NCBI GenBank assembly: GCA_965218795.1 | Contig: OZ244653.1 | Span: 1-64,000, forward strand | From: a bacterium | Lineage (GTDB): Bacteria; UBA8248; JACPRG01; G963555815 | DNA: 64,000 nt | Reading direction: 5' to 3' | Part shown: piece by piece, positions 20,689 through 30,502 of the stretch | Numbering within the stretch: position 1 is the stretch's first letter | Layout of the letters: the number at the start of each line of letters is the position of its first letter | Program-made: the position numbers and the translations under genes | The notes under the pieces: model-generated | Database searches by the model: none | Told to the model about the DNA's origin: nothing | The model's input: the letters and a program-made list of their open reading frames with translations, nothing else

Positions 20689-21569
20689 TACGGAAGGCGG
20701 CCGCGGGAGTCGGCTTGGCGATTCTTCTTTTTTCGGCGCCTGTTCGCTCGGCGGCGGCCGCCTGCCGGCCGCAAAGTCTGGTCCGGAATTTCACGACGAT
20801 TCGAGCGATGCCGGCGGCCGGTGTGGACATGCCCGGCTTCGCCCCGGGTGGATTTCAGGGATCGGTTCGCGCGTCGGAGGGCGGCGTCACGGTCGAGTGG
20901 TATGGCCATAGCTTCTTCGGTCTGCGTTCAAAATCCGGGACGCGGATCGTGACGGACCCCCTGGCTCCCGGCATGTACCCGACCCCCTCCATCACCGCTC
21001 ACGCCGTGACTGTGGGCCGGGAACACCGGAATCACAACTCGGTGGAGATCGTGGGAGGAAATCCAGTTATCCTCCGCGGCCTGACGGGTGACTCCGCCGA
21101 GTGGCGGACTGTCATCACGAGGGTGCGGGAGGTCGAAATTCGGAGCATCCCGGTGATTCAGATCGGTCCCACCGGGGCGCCCTTGAAGGGTGCTGCGTTC
21201 ACCTATGATTTCGGCGATATCTGTGTGGCCCACATGGGGGATGTCGGCGGAAAACTCTCCGACGAGCAGTTAAAGGCGCTCGGCCTGATCGATATTTTGC
21301 TGGTCCCGATTGGGGGGCGCTTCACGATGGGGCCCGAGGTGGCCCGCCTCGTCCTCGGACAGATCCAGCCCCGCGTCGCCATACCGATGCACTATTGGAG
21401 CCGGGAGGATTTGCTGAAGGAATTCGTGCAGGGGCGCCGGCACCGTCGGATTGAAAGTTCGGTGCTGCACTTCACGCGCGGGTCGCTCCCCGAAAAGACC
21501 ACCATCTTCGTTCTGCAACCTCCGGGCGGGGGCCACCGGCCCGTATTCCCGACCTTTCCGTTTCGATAG
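20685..21569 (+). CDS. Exported MBL-fold protein with degenerate metal motif
   Basis: GTG overlaps upstream stop; signal peptide; WYGHSFF, TDP, REHRNH, HMGD, PIGG.FT, PMHY. Confidence 0.75.
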   Translation: MIRKAAAGVGLAILLFSAPVRSAAAACRPQSLVRNFTTIRAMPAAGVDMPGFAPGGFQGSVRASEGGVTVEWYGHSFFGLRSKSGTRIVTDPLAPGMYPTPSITAHAVTVGREHRNHNSVEIVGGNPVILRGLTGDSAEWRTVITRVREVEIRSIPVIQIGPTGAPLKGAAFTYDFGDICVAHMGDVGGKLSDEQLKALGLIDILLVPIGGRFTMGPEVARLVLGQIQPRVAIPMHYWSREDLLKEFVQGRRHRRIESSVLHFTRGSLPEKTTIFVLQPPGGGHRPVFPTFPFR

Positions 21570-21725
21570 CCGTCGCGCGTCCGGCTCCTCGGGTTGAAAG
21601 AATCGGACAGATTTGCTAGGACTAGGGAGGAAGATAGAGAATCAGGAGGGGGTAGGGCCGCGGGCCAACCCCTTCCATTGAAGAAATCGGGATTGACAAT
21701 CGAAGCCATGAAGGAGAAACGTTTC

Positions 21726-22049
21726 GTGAAGAAATTGGCATATGCGATGGCAATCGTTTTGGTAGCTGTCTCCCTGACCGGTTGCCGGATCATCGGCCAG
21801 GACTTCGATCAAGAGGTCATCTCACGAATCGAGAAGGGAAAGACCACAAAGGCACAGGTTCAGGACTGGCTCGGCGCTCCCTATGAAAAGGGGCTTGAGG
21901 GCGGGCTGGAAACCTGGACGTACCGCTTCATCACGGCGTCTCTGATGGAAGAGAGCACGAAGGGGCTCACCATCTGGTTCGAGAAGGACGGGAAAGTCAA
22001 CACTTACTCTTACACAACGAATTTCGCGCCGTGGCAGGTTGCGAAATGA
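21726..22049 (+). CDS. SmpA/BamE-like outer membrane lipoprotein
   Basis: Lipobox LTGC; I.KG.TTK..V...LG.P and W.Y; GTG start after aaggag. Confidence 0.7.
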   Translation: MKKLAYAMAIVLVAVSLTGCRIIGQDFDQEVISRIEKGKTTKAQVQDWLGAPYEKGLEGGLETWTYRFITASLMEESTKGLTIWFEKDGKVNTYSYTTNFAPWQVAK

Positions 22050-22147
22050 CCGTGTGAACTCCCTCGCTCGTTTTGTGGACCTTCGTGTATGATCAGGAAA
22101 TGGGACGGTTGCCGGATGAGACCCGGTGACCGCCCTGTGTTCCCGCT

Positions 22148-23012
22148 TTGACCCATGTTCTGCTGGTTGTCGCCGCGACCATCCTTTTTTCCTCCACATT
22201 TGTGTGGGCGCGACGGGGTCTGCTGTATTGCGACATTATCATCGGCACGCTGATCGCCACCTGTATCAATTTTATCGTCCTTTCGATTTGGGTGGCGGCG
22301 ACCGCCCCGCTGGCGGCATTCTTCGACCGTAGAATCATCTTCTTTTTCGCGCTGGGCCTGTTTGTTCCTTCCATCTCCAGACTGGCCCTCCTGGCTGCCG
22401 TGGAGAAGGTGGGCGCCTCCCGCTCCGCGAGCCTGCGGGCGATGGTCCCCGTTTCTGGCCTCCTTGCTCGCCATCTTGTTCCTCAGGGAACGTCCGACGC
22501 TCGCGAATTTGATCGGGATGTTTGCCATTATTGGAGGCGGCGTCCTTCTATCCAGGCGGGGACGGGAGGAGAAACCCTGGAGAAAAAGGGATCTGATGTA
22601 CCCGTTGGCCGGGACCATCCTTCTCGGGTTGCGGGACGTGGCCATCCGATTTGGCGTAACGGAAAATCCCCACCCGGTCGTCGGGGCCTGGGCGACCGTT
22701 TTGATATCGGTGGTCGTGATTTGGCTTTTCCGGCTATGGCGGAAGCCGCCGGGGCAACCCGCGCCGCCCCTTGGGGGATGGGTGTATTTCGGCCTCGTCG
22801 GATTGGCTCTGGGGATCGGATTCGTCTTCCTGTTTTATGGATACCAAAACGCTCCGGTCGTCGTCCTGTCCCCCATTTCCGGAACGACCCCGCTCTTCAC
22901 CCTGATGTTCAGCATCCTGTTCCTGAAGGATCTGGAAAAGGTGACTCCCGGGCTCGTTGCGGGCTGTCTCTGCATCGTCGTGGGCGGTGTGCTCGTTGCG
23001 TTTCCCGGTTGA
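22148..23012 (+). CDS. EamA/DMT transporter, frameshifted at the C4 run 22447-22450
   Basis: Removing one C gives ...GASRSASLRAMVPFLASLLAILFLRE..., fusing two half-ORFs into a two-repeat EamA protein. Confidence 0.75.
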
Positions 23013-23032
23013 CGGGGTAAGGGAGGGTTTGG

Positions 23033-24016
23033 GTGAATCGGACTTCGACCGGATCGGGGGGGCCTCATCATTTCTCCATCGCGCGGGCCTATTCGTGGTT
23101 GACGCTGGGTGTCCTCTCTTTCGCCTGGGCGGGAATATTCGTCAAGTTGTGCGGTCTCTCGGCGCCGAACATCGCAGCCGGCAGAATGGCCCTGGCCGTA
23201 TTATTGTTGGCTCCGTTTGCCTTCCGGCCCGCGATTCGGGGTCTGGCGGCGCTCAATGCCCGTCAGCGGCTCCTGCTGATTCTGGCCGGTCTCAGTCTTG
23301 GAGTTCATTTCGCCGTGTGGGTGGCTTCGCTGAGTTATACGTCGGTGGCCAGTTCGGTGATCCTCGCGACAACCAATCCCGTATTCGTTTCATTGGGCTC
23401 CCGGTTTATTCTGAAAGAGCCGCCCTCCCGATGGATCGTGGCCGGCCTGTTCCTCGCCGCAGCGGGCGCGGTCTGCGTCGCCTGGTCAGACGCCGGAACG
23501 GGTCATGGCCTCAAGGGGGATCTTCTGGCCTTGGCGGGGGCTGTAATGTTCTCCGCTTATCTTTTGGCGGGAAGGTACCTGCGTGGTTCGATTTCGACCG
23601 TTGCTTATACCTTTCCGATTTATCTTGTCTGTGCGACGTTTCTTCTGACCGTGTCCGGACTTCTCTCCGTGTTTCGTTCTCCTCCGGTTCTGGGGGAATA
23701 CCTCCGGGCCGGGCTCGGGGATTGGCTTTTTCTTCTGTTGCTCGCTGTGGTTCCGACGCTGATCGGTCACAGCACCCTCAATTGGGCGCTGCGGTACATC
23801 TCCTCACCCGTTGCGGCCATGGCCATTCTTGGGGAGCCGGTGCTGGCGTCCATCCTCGCATTCTGGATTTTGGACGAGGGAATGTCCGCACTTCAGTTGG
23901 CCGGTGGCGGCCTGATTCTCGTGGGTGTCTTTCTGGCCCTGGCCCGGCCCGGCCCCGTCGGGCCGGCATTGGCGAGCTCAGCCTTGACCGCCAATGGGCC
24001 GGAGACTATGGTTTAG
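23033..24016 (+). CDS. EamA/DMT transporter
   Basis: HF..W..SL.YTSVA, GDLLALAGA, PT..GH..LNW.L, LGEPV. Confidence 0.9.
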   Translation: MNRTSTGSGGPHHFSIARAYSWLTLGVLSFAWAGIFVKLCGLSAPNIAAGRMALAVLLLAPFAFRPAIRGLAALNARQRLLLILAGLSLGVHFAVWVASLSYTSVASSVILATTNPVFVSLGSRFILKEPPSRWIVAGLFLAAAGAVCVAWSDAGTGHGLKGDLLALAGAVMFSAYLLAGRYLRGSISTVAYTFPIYLVCATFLLTVSGLLSVFRSPPVLGEYLRAGLGDWLFLLLLAVVPTLIGHSTLNWALRYISSPVAAMAILGEPVLASILAFWILDEGMSALQLAGGGLILVGVFLALARPGPVGPALASSALTANGPETMV

Positions 24017-24020
24017 AGGG

Positions 24021-24800
24021 ATGGGCCTGAATCGTTGGACAAAGTTGATTTCATTGGGATCAAGCGGACTCCGGAGCCGGGCGGGCTTCCTTTGTTCAAT
24101 GGCCTTGATTATTTCCTGCGCAAAGGCGGAACGCCCCGAGGTCGCCCATCACGAGATCGTCGATTCGCTCTGGTCCTTTCGGGTCGATCGACCTTCCAAA
24201 CCGTGGGCGGTCGGGCGGGGAAATTCGGCATTTTCAGAAATTGGAGCCGCGGGAGATTATATCTTCCACAACCAGTTCACCGGAGGGGTGATGTCCATCC
24301 GGGTCTTTCCGCTGAATTTTCGATACCGGCACTTCCGGCTGACCGACCACGCCCGGCGGATGTACTGGGATGTCCTGAGTGGTTGGGGGAAGGACATGCG
24401 CGCGCTGAAGGACGGCCGGTTTCTTCCAATCGATCAGGCTTGGCGTATTCAGTCGAGGGATGGAGTCGAACGGATCGAATTTGAGGTCCAGGGGAGCGTC
24501 TCCCGGCTGGTCGTCGACGAGGACGCGGAGCGAAGACGGATCGAGGAGGAAGTTCTGACCGGAGAGTCGGAGGATAAATTTGGGCCGGAAACCCGCAAAA
24601 TGCGCCGGCAGCGGATTGCGCGGGAGAAGGATCGGCCCAAGGTGACGCGGGGAGCCCGTGGAAAGTTTGTGATGATCCTGAAACGAGGGCGGATCACCGA
24701 TGTTCTTTATGAATTCGTTTTCGTGGACCATGCCTTGGCATACGAAAAGACCAGGCGCACCTTCGACCGAATGGTGGCGAGCTTCCAGTTTTTGAATTGA
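24021..24800 (+). CDS. Hypothetical protein, possible lipoprotein
   Basis: Long ORF filling the gap co-directionally; lipobox-like LIISC. Confidence 0.55.
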   Translation: MGLNRWTKLISLGSSGLRSRAGFLCSMALIISCAKAERPEVAHHEIVDSLWSFRVDRPSKPWAVGRGNSAFSEIGAAGDYIFHNQFTGGVMSIRVFPLNFRYRHFRLTDHARRMYWDVLSGWGKDMRALKDGRFLPIDQAWRIQSRDGVERIEFEVQGSVSRLVVDEDAERRRIEEEVLTGESEDKFGPETRKMRRQRIAREKDRPKVTRGARGKFVMILKRGRITDVLYEFVFVDHALAYEKTRRTFDRMVASFQFLN

Positions 24801-24853
24801 GCGAAGGGTTCTGATGCCCGGGGCTCGGTCCCCTTGTTCCTTGAGGAAATCGA

Positions 24854-25531
24854 ATGCGGATTCTGGTCGTGGAGGATGAAGCGAAGGTGGCCAGTTTCAT
24901 CGCCCGAAGTTTGGGCGAGGCGGGGTACGCCGTCGATGTATCTCATCAGGGACACGAGGCGCTCGACCAAGCCCTGGCCAGTGATTACGATTTGATCCTT
25001 CTCGATGTCATGCTCCCCGAAATTGACGGCTGGGAGATCCTGGCCCGATACCGGGAAGGAGGCGGAAATTCACCGGTTATGATGCTGACGGCCAGGGACG
25101 CGGTAGAAGACAAAGTTCGGGGCCTGGATTCCGGAGCGGACGATTATCTCACCAAGCCCTTTGCCCTGACGGAGCTGCTGGCGCGCACCCGGGCCCTCCT
25201 CAGACGGGAAGACCGAAATCCGCCCATTCTGCAGATTGCCGACCTGGCCCTGAACCCCGCCACCCGCGAAGTCAAGCGGTCTGAACAAAAGGTGAACTTG
25301 TCCACGCGGGAATATGCCTTGCTGGAGTATTTTATGCGTCACCAGGACCGGATTTTGTCCCGTTCCACGGTTTTGGAGCACGTGTGGGATTATACGTTCG
25401 ACCCAGAGACCAATGTCGTGGATGTCTATGTGAGTTACTTGAGGAACAAGATCGATAAGGGCTTCGAACCTCAACTGATTCATACGATCCGCGGCGTGGG
25501 CTACCGGTTCGGCCTCCCGAATCCATCCTGA
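24854..25531 (+). CDS. OmpR/CusR-family response regulator
   Basis: ILVVEDE, LLDVMLP, GADDYLTKPF, NVVDVYV..LR.KID, TIRGVGY. Confidence 0.95.
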   Translation: MRILVVEDEAKVASFIARSLGEAGYAVDVSHQGHEALDQALASDYDLILLDVMLPEIDGWEILARYREGGGNSPVMMLTARDAVEDKVRGLDSGADDYLTKPFALTELLARTRALLRREDRNPPILQIADLALNPATREVKRSEQKVNLSTREYALLEYFMRHQDRILSRSTVLEHVWDYTFDPETNVVDVYVSYLRNKIDKGFEPQLIHTIRGVGYRFGLPNPS

Positions 25532-25574
25532 TGGCGATTTTTATTCAGATTCTTATTCAAGGGGTGCGGCTGGA

Positions 25575-27059
25575 ATGAAATGGTTCGGATTCTTCGGCCT
25601 TCGGACCATGGGACTGAAAGCGCGGCTGACGCTCTGGTATTCGGGCGTGATGGGTGGACTCCTGATCGCCGTTAGTCTGGTGGTCTATATCGCCGTCCGC
25701 CACCAGCTCCACGCGAATCTCGACGGGTCGTTGCAGGCGGCCGGGAAAGCCCTCGCGACCGTGGATCGCCCGGATTTGACCGCGCCTCCCCAATCTCTTC
25801 TCGCAAAGCTTTTCCCAAACATCCCCGCCAGCCGCTTGTTCGACCGGATGGTGCAGGTTCTGGACCCCAAGGGAGAAGTCCGGATGCGTCCGCTCTCTTT
25901 CGGGCGAACCAATATCCAGCTAAGCCCCCTGGCCCAAAGTAACGCTGCGCGAGGAGAAAGTACGCTGGAGACCATCCACCCGCCGGATAAAGCGCCCATT
26001 CGGGTTCTCACCCAGCCGGTCATCCGCGGCGGACGGGTAGTCAATCTGGTTCAGGTGGCCGCCTCGTTTGTGGAAGTGAACGGGACCTTGCGCCGTCTTG
26101 CGTTGATCCTCATGGCGGTTGTCCCGTCCGCGGTGCTGCTGGCGGGTTTCGGAGGCTGGAACTTGGCGAATCGAGCCATGCGCCCCGTCGATAATGTCGT
26201 CGATGAGGCCCGCCGCATCACAGCCGAGCGGCTGAATGAGCGGATCAGCGCGCCCGGAACGGAGGATGAGATCGCCCGGCTGGTCGATACTTTGAATGAT
26301 ATGATCGCGGGTCTGGAAAAGACGTTCGATCGCGTGCGCGAATTCAGCGCCGATGCCTCCCATGAGCTGAAGACGCCACTCACCATCCTGCGGGGCGAGG
26401 CGGAGTTGCTCCTCGCCTCCGAACGTTCGCCCGATCAGTACCAGCGGGGACTTCTGGTGATCCTCGACGAGGTCCGTCGGATGAGCGGTATCGTCGAAGA
26501 CTTATTGACGCTGGCCAAGGCCGATCTGGGCGCGACCGAGCTTTATTTTGTCCCCGTGGATTTGGGCGACTTGGTGCAGGACGTTTTTGAGAAGGCCAAG
26601 ACCCTTCCCGAGGCGGAGCGGAAGGAGTTCACCCTGAGCCGGCGGGACCCGGTCGTAATCGATGGGGATGCGCCGCGGTTGCAACAGACCGTCATGAATC
26701 TTGTCGTCAACGCCTTCCGGTATACCCTGCCCGACGGCAAGGTCGATCTGTCCCTGACCCGAATGAATGGCCGGGTGTTGATCTCCGTATCGGATACGGG
26801 TATCGGGATTCCCGAGAAAGAACAGGAGCGGGTATTTGATCGCTTCTATCGTTCTTCCGAGGCTCGCGGAATGGGCGTGAACGGGAGCGGTTTGGGCCTG
26901 AACATCTGCCGCCTCGTCTCCGAGGCTCACGGTGGCCATATCCGTGTGGAAAGCCGACTTGGAGTGGGGAGCAGGTTCATCGTCGAACTTCCGCTGGATG
27001 CCGAGAAAAGGTTGTCCGAGAGTTTCCCGGATCCGGGTGGCCTACAGAAGACCCTCTGA
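25575..27059 (+). CDS. HAMP-domain sensor histidine kinase (CusS/QseC-like)
   Basis: Two TM segments, DASHELKTPL, NLVVNA, DTGIGI, FDRFYR, GSGLGL. Confidence 0.95.
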   Translation: MKWFGFFGLRTMGLKARLTLWYSGVMGGLLIAVSLVVYIAVRHQLHANLDGSLQAAGKALATVDRPDLTAPPQSLLAKLFPNIPASRLFDRMVQVLDPKGEVRMRPLSFGRTNIQLSPLAQSNAARGESTLETIHPPDKAPIRVLTQPVIRGGRVVNLVQVAASFVEVNGTLRRLALILMAVVPSAVLLAGFGGWNLANRAMRPVDNVVDEARRITAERLNERISAPGTEDEIARLVDTLNDMIAGLEKTFDRVREFSADASHELKTPLTILRGEAELLLASERSPDQYQRGLLVILDEVRRMSGIVEDLLTLAKADLGATELYFVPVDLGDLVQDVFEKAKTLPEAERKEFTLSRRDPVVIDGDAPRLQQTVMNLVVNAFRYTLPDGKVDLSLTRMNGRVLISVSDTGIGIPEKEQERVFDRFYRSSEARGMGVNGSGLGLNICRLVSEAHGGHIRVESRLGVGSRFIVELPLDAEKRLSESFPDPGGLQKTL

Positions 27060-27241
27060 TTGATGAATTTCTTGCCTTGATTCCTCATACGCAGGCCCCG
27101 TCCTTTCAGCCGGAATGTCGGACAGCGCCATCCCCCCCGTCAGGCACCCAAAACATTTTCTTCTTGAATATCAAATCGTTTTTGGAAGGGTCCCGATGCC
27201 GCCCTGAGCGGCGGGAAATCGACGGGATTCTGATTAGATAT

Positions 27242-27274
27242 TTTTAATCTTCTTTTAACTTTCTTCTAATGTTG
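27242..27274 (+). promoter_or_regulatory. Three tandem 11-bp direct repeats, candidate OmpR-family binding site upstream of degQ
   Basis: TTTTAATCTTC-TTTTAACTTTC-TTCTAATGTTG followed by AT-rich tatattaataat. Confidence 0.55.
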
Positions 27275-27606
27275 ATCGCCTATATTAATAATCGACCTAG
27301 CGGAGGGAGTTGGGAAAAGGGACCTCTCAGCCACCTCCGGCTAAAGAGGGTTGAGCGTGCTACCTCCCAACGCCTTCCCTCGTGGCCATTTGGCGGGGGG
27401 CTCGTTGCCCCCCGCCACTCCCCGCAAATCTCCGAAAATTCGACAGGATGACCGGAGGATCGGCGGAGGCCTGAACTTCAATGGAGAACTGCGCGCGGTT
27501 AACGATTGGACCGGCCGCGCTGAGAATGGACCATGCGAGACGTTGGATGTGCTGCTTCACGGGGAGACTTCTCTTTGACGATCCAGGGTCCCACTGGAGA
27601 AGAAGA

Positions 27607-29097
27607 ATGTTGAAGAAAGTCGGAAAGCGGGTTGTATTTCCACTCATGCTGGCGTTGGTGGTGTCCGCCGCCTTCGCGGCCGGGAGTTATTCCAAGGGCT
27701 CCGGGACCGCGCTCGGCGCGGCCGATCCGGCGATGACGGACAGGTTGGAGCTCGCCGGGATTCCCAGCTTGAGAAAGCTGGTCGAGCGGCTCAAGCCGTC
27801 GGTCGTCAATATCCGTGTCGTCCAGAAGGTGACGCGGAGTTCGTTCACGCCGGAGATGCCCGTTCCTGAGATGCGGCCTTTCGAAGACGGTCCCACAGCC
27901 GAACTGTTTCGACGCTTCCAGAGAGAGTGGCCGGAAGGACGGATCCCGTTCCCGCGGTTTTATCGTCAGGGCGTGGGCTCGGGTTTCATTTTCAGCCGGG
28001 ACGGATTGATCGTCACCAATCATCACGTGGTGAAGGGTGCGGAAGATATTCGCATCACGCTGCATGACGGCCGCGCCTACACGGCCAAGGTATTGGGGAG
28101 CGATCCGAAGACCGACCTTGCCCTGCTCAAGATTGAAGAGAAGGTCAAACTCCCCGCCGTGACCTTCGCCGATTCTGATTCCATCGCGCCGGGGGATTGG
28201 GTCATCGCGATCGGCAACCCCTTCGGCCTGGGTCACACCGTGACCGCCGGTATCGTCAGCGGCACGGGCCGCTCGATCGGGTCTGGGCCGTACGACAATT
28301 TCATCCAGACCGACGCATCGATTAACCCTGGAAACTCCGGCGGCCCGCTGTTCAATCTCAGCGGCGAAGTCATCGGGGTCAACACGGCCATCCTTCCCCA
28401 CGGCCAGGGCATCGGATTCTCGATTCCCGTCAACATGATGCGGAATATCGTCGCCTCTTTGAATGAGAAGGGATACGTCTCGAGGGCCTGGCTGGGCGTC
28501 CAGATTCAGGACGTAACGCCGGAACTGGCCCAGGCGTTCGATTTGAAGCAGGCGAAGGGCGCCCTGGTGTCCGGAGTCTTGTCGGAAAGCCCCGCCGAGC
28601 GCGCCGGGATCCGGCGAGGCGACGTGATCGTCGGGTTTGAAGGGAAAGGGGTGAACAATGCTCGCACGTTTCCCCGTATGGTGGCCAAGGCCGCAATTGG
28701 AAAAGAGGCCAAGGTCCGGATTCTGAGGAACGGTCGGCCGCAGGAAATCGCAGTGACGCTCGGAGAGATGAAGAAGGAAGCCCGGGTGGCCCCGAATGAG
28801 CGAGGCGAGTCCGGGTTCCGTCTAGGCGTCCGGGTTCGTCCCTTGACCAAGGGAGAAGCCCTCAGCCAGGGTGTGAAGGACGGTCAAGGACTACAGATTA
28901 TCGCCATCCAGCCCGATAGTATCGCTATGAAGGGAGGACTGCGCGTAGGAGATATCATCATTGAAGTCAACGGAAAAGCTGTCGATACGGTGGAGACCCT
29001 GCGAACGAAGATCGTCACTGCCGAGAAAGAAAAGAAGATGCTGGTTCTTGTGAAAAGGAGCGGCGGTCATCTCTATTTGTCGGTTCCTGTGGCCTAA
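27607..29097 (+). CDS. degQ: DegP/DegQ (HtrA) periplasmic serine protease with two PDZ domains
   Basis: TNHHV, DLAL, QTDASINPGNSGGPL; signal peptide from ATG 27607. Confidence 0.9.
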   Translation: MLKKVGKRVVFPLMLALVVSAAFAAGSYSKGSGTALGAADPAMTDRLELAGIPSLRKLVERLKPSVVNIRVVQKVTRSSFTPEMPVPEMRPFEDGPTAELFRRFQREWPEGRIPFPRFYRQGVGSGFIFSRDGLIVTNHHVVKGAEDIRITLHDGRAYTAKVLGSDPKTDLALLKIEEKVKLPAVTFADSDSIAPGDWVIAIGNPFGLGHTVTAGIVSGTGRSIGSGPYDNFIQTDASINPGNSGGPLFNLSGEVIGVNTAILPHGQGIGFSIPVNMMRNIVASLNEKGYVSRAWLGVQIQDVTPELAQAFDLKQAKGALVSGVLSESPAERAGIRRGDVIVGFEGKGVNNARTFPRMVAKAAIGKEAKVRILRNGRPQEIAVTLGEMKKEARVAPNERGESGFRLGVRVRPLTKGEALSQGVKDGQGLQIIAIQPDSIAMKGGLRVGDIIIEVNGKAVDTVETLRTKIVTAEKEKKMLVLVKRSGGHLYLSVPVA

Positions 29098-29128
29098 AGG
29101 CCCGGGACAGCGCGTGACCCTGGGATGC

Positions 29129-29220
29129 GCAGGCGGGCGAGGGTGATTGCGGCCCCCTCGCCCGCCGTTTTTTGCCCGCCTGCTTTTGTCGGTTCAGACG
29201 GTTGCGGGGCGACGGTGGAG
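29129..29220 (+). repeat. 92-bp direct repeat copy 1, containing the likely degQ intrinsic terminator
   Basis: 83/92 identical to 30386-30477 by manual alignment; stem ggcgggcgaggg/ccctcgcccgcc followed by gtttttt. Confidence 0.9.
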
Positions 29221-29441
29221 ATTCAGCGCGAACCCTTTGAAAAGGCAAATCCCGCGGGTCGTTCGTGGCGCGCGGGACGAACTTCAAGCACCCGCGGGCG
29301 CGCCTGCGTCGGGGGGCCAGGGCGAACTGGCCGGTTGTTCAGACCGCCGGGAGAGCGTGGGGCGAGGTCGCCCTGGATGTTGGCCGGCCCACCGCGGCGG
29401 AACATGATGAGCCGCGCGCTCATATGGAGGTCTCGACATGC

Positions 29442-29470
29442 TTAAGCCATCCGATTGTTTCGGATATAAT
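29442..29470 (+). promoter_or_regulatory. Putative promoter of the OMP gene with overlapping palindrome
   Basis: TTAAGC-17 nt-TATAAT; atccga-ttgtt-tcggat at 29449-29465. Confidence 0.4.
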
Positions 29471-29522
29471 GAAATGTAGAAGCTTATCATCAGATTCTCG
29501 GGGGCAGTAAGCTATCCGACCG

Positions 29523-30385
29523 ATGAACAAAACGATGCCAGGGCTGATTTTTGTACTGATGCTGTTGCTCGTATTGGCAGGTAACGCCGCGGCTTCCGAG
29601 CGGCAAGGTTTCTATGGGAGCATGGATATCGGACTCGCGATACCCGAGGATATCAAGACCCGGGCGGCGGATTCAGACGTTCCGACGAACTGCGACCAGC
29701 ACTTCAGCCCGACCACTGTCACTAACCCGGCCACTGACGATGTCATTCAACTACCCTTACCGCTGAGCGATCCTCGCTGCGCGCGCGGGCAGGATACATG
29801 GAAACACAGTTTTAATCTCCAAAACGGTATGCTGGCAGGTATCTCTTTCGGCTATGCTTGGCGAGGGCTTCGCGTCGAAGCCGAGTACTTTCATCGCGGA
29901 CACCACGGTGAATCTTCCCAGTTCGCAATTCAGAGCGGCGGCAAGGAAGACGAGTTCGTTGTGATCGGGGAAAAGATCAGCGACATTCGCGCGCATCACT
30001 TCTTCGCCAACTTCTACTATGATTTTCACGGTGTATGGAGCAGGGTGATCCCTTACGTGGGCGCGGGCGTCGGCCGGATGCACGTGAAGATGGACTATTC
30101 GGCGCGATTCCTGAGAAATGCGGACCGGGACGTTATAGGAGGACTGGGGCGACACCCCGATGCCGCGGGCACGCTTACGTGCTGACCGAACGGTTCTCCG
30201 TGGGCGTGAAAGGACGCTACGCGGCGGTTTTTGGAGAGGAATTCAAAGACGGCCACCCATGGGACCGGTTGAGAAGCCACGCCTCTACGATCGCTCCGAA
30301 CGGCGACACCGTCCGCTATAACATTGATCTCGACAAGGGCTTGGACCTCTGGGGCGTTTCCTTGAACATCAAGTATTTCTTCTGA
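29523..30385 (+). pseudogene. Outer-membrane beta-barrel protein (Opa/Msp2/OmpA-like), disrupted near 30180
   Basis: Signal peptide, GFYG..G, GYA...RVEAEY, NFYYDF, PYVGAGVG; the second frame supplies the terminal strand ending LNIKYFF. Confidence 0.75.
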
Positions 30386-30477
30386 GCAGGCGGGCGAGGG
30401 TGATTGCGACGCCCTCATCCACCGCATTTTGCCCGCCGGCTTTTGTCGGTTCAGACGGTTGCGGGGCGACGGGGGAG
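30386..30477 (+). repeat. 92-bp direct repeat copy 2
   Basis: Starts at the first base after the OMP stop codon; 9 mismatches to copy 1. Confidence 0.9.
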
Positions 30478-30502
30478 GTGCAAGACGAACTCTTTGAAAA
30501 AC

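Noticed and set aside
29129-30477. Repeats as CRISPR array or integron attC sites
   Set aside because: Only two 92-bp copies 1.26 kb apart; no RYYYAAC/GTTRRRY ends, cas or integrase genes
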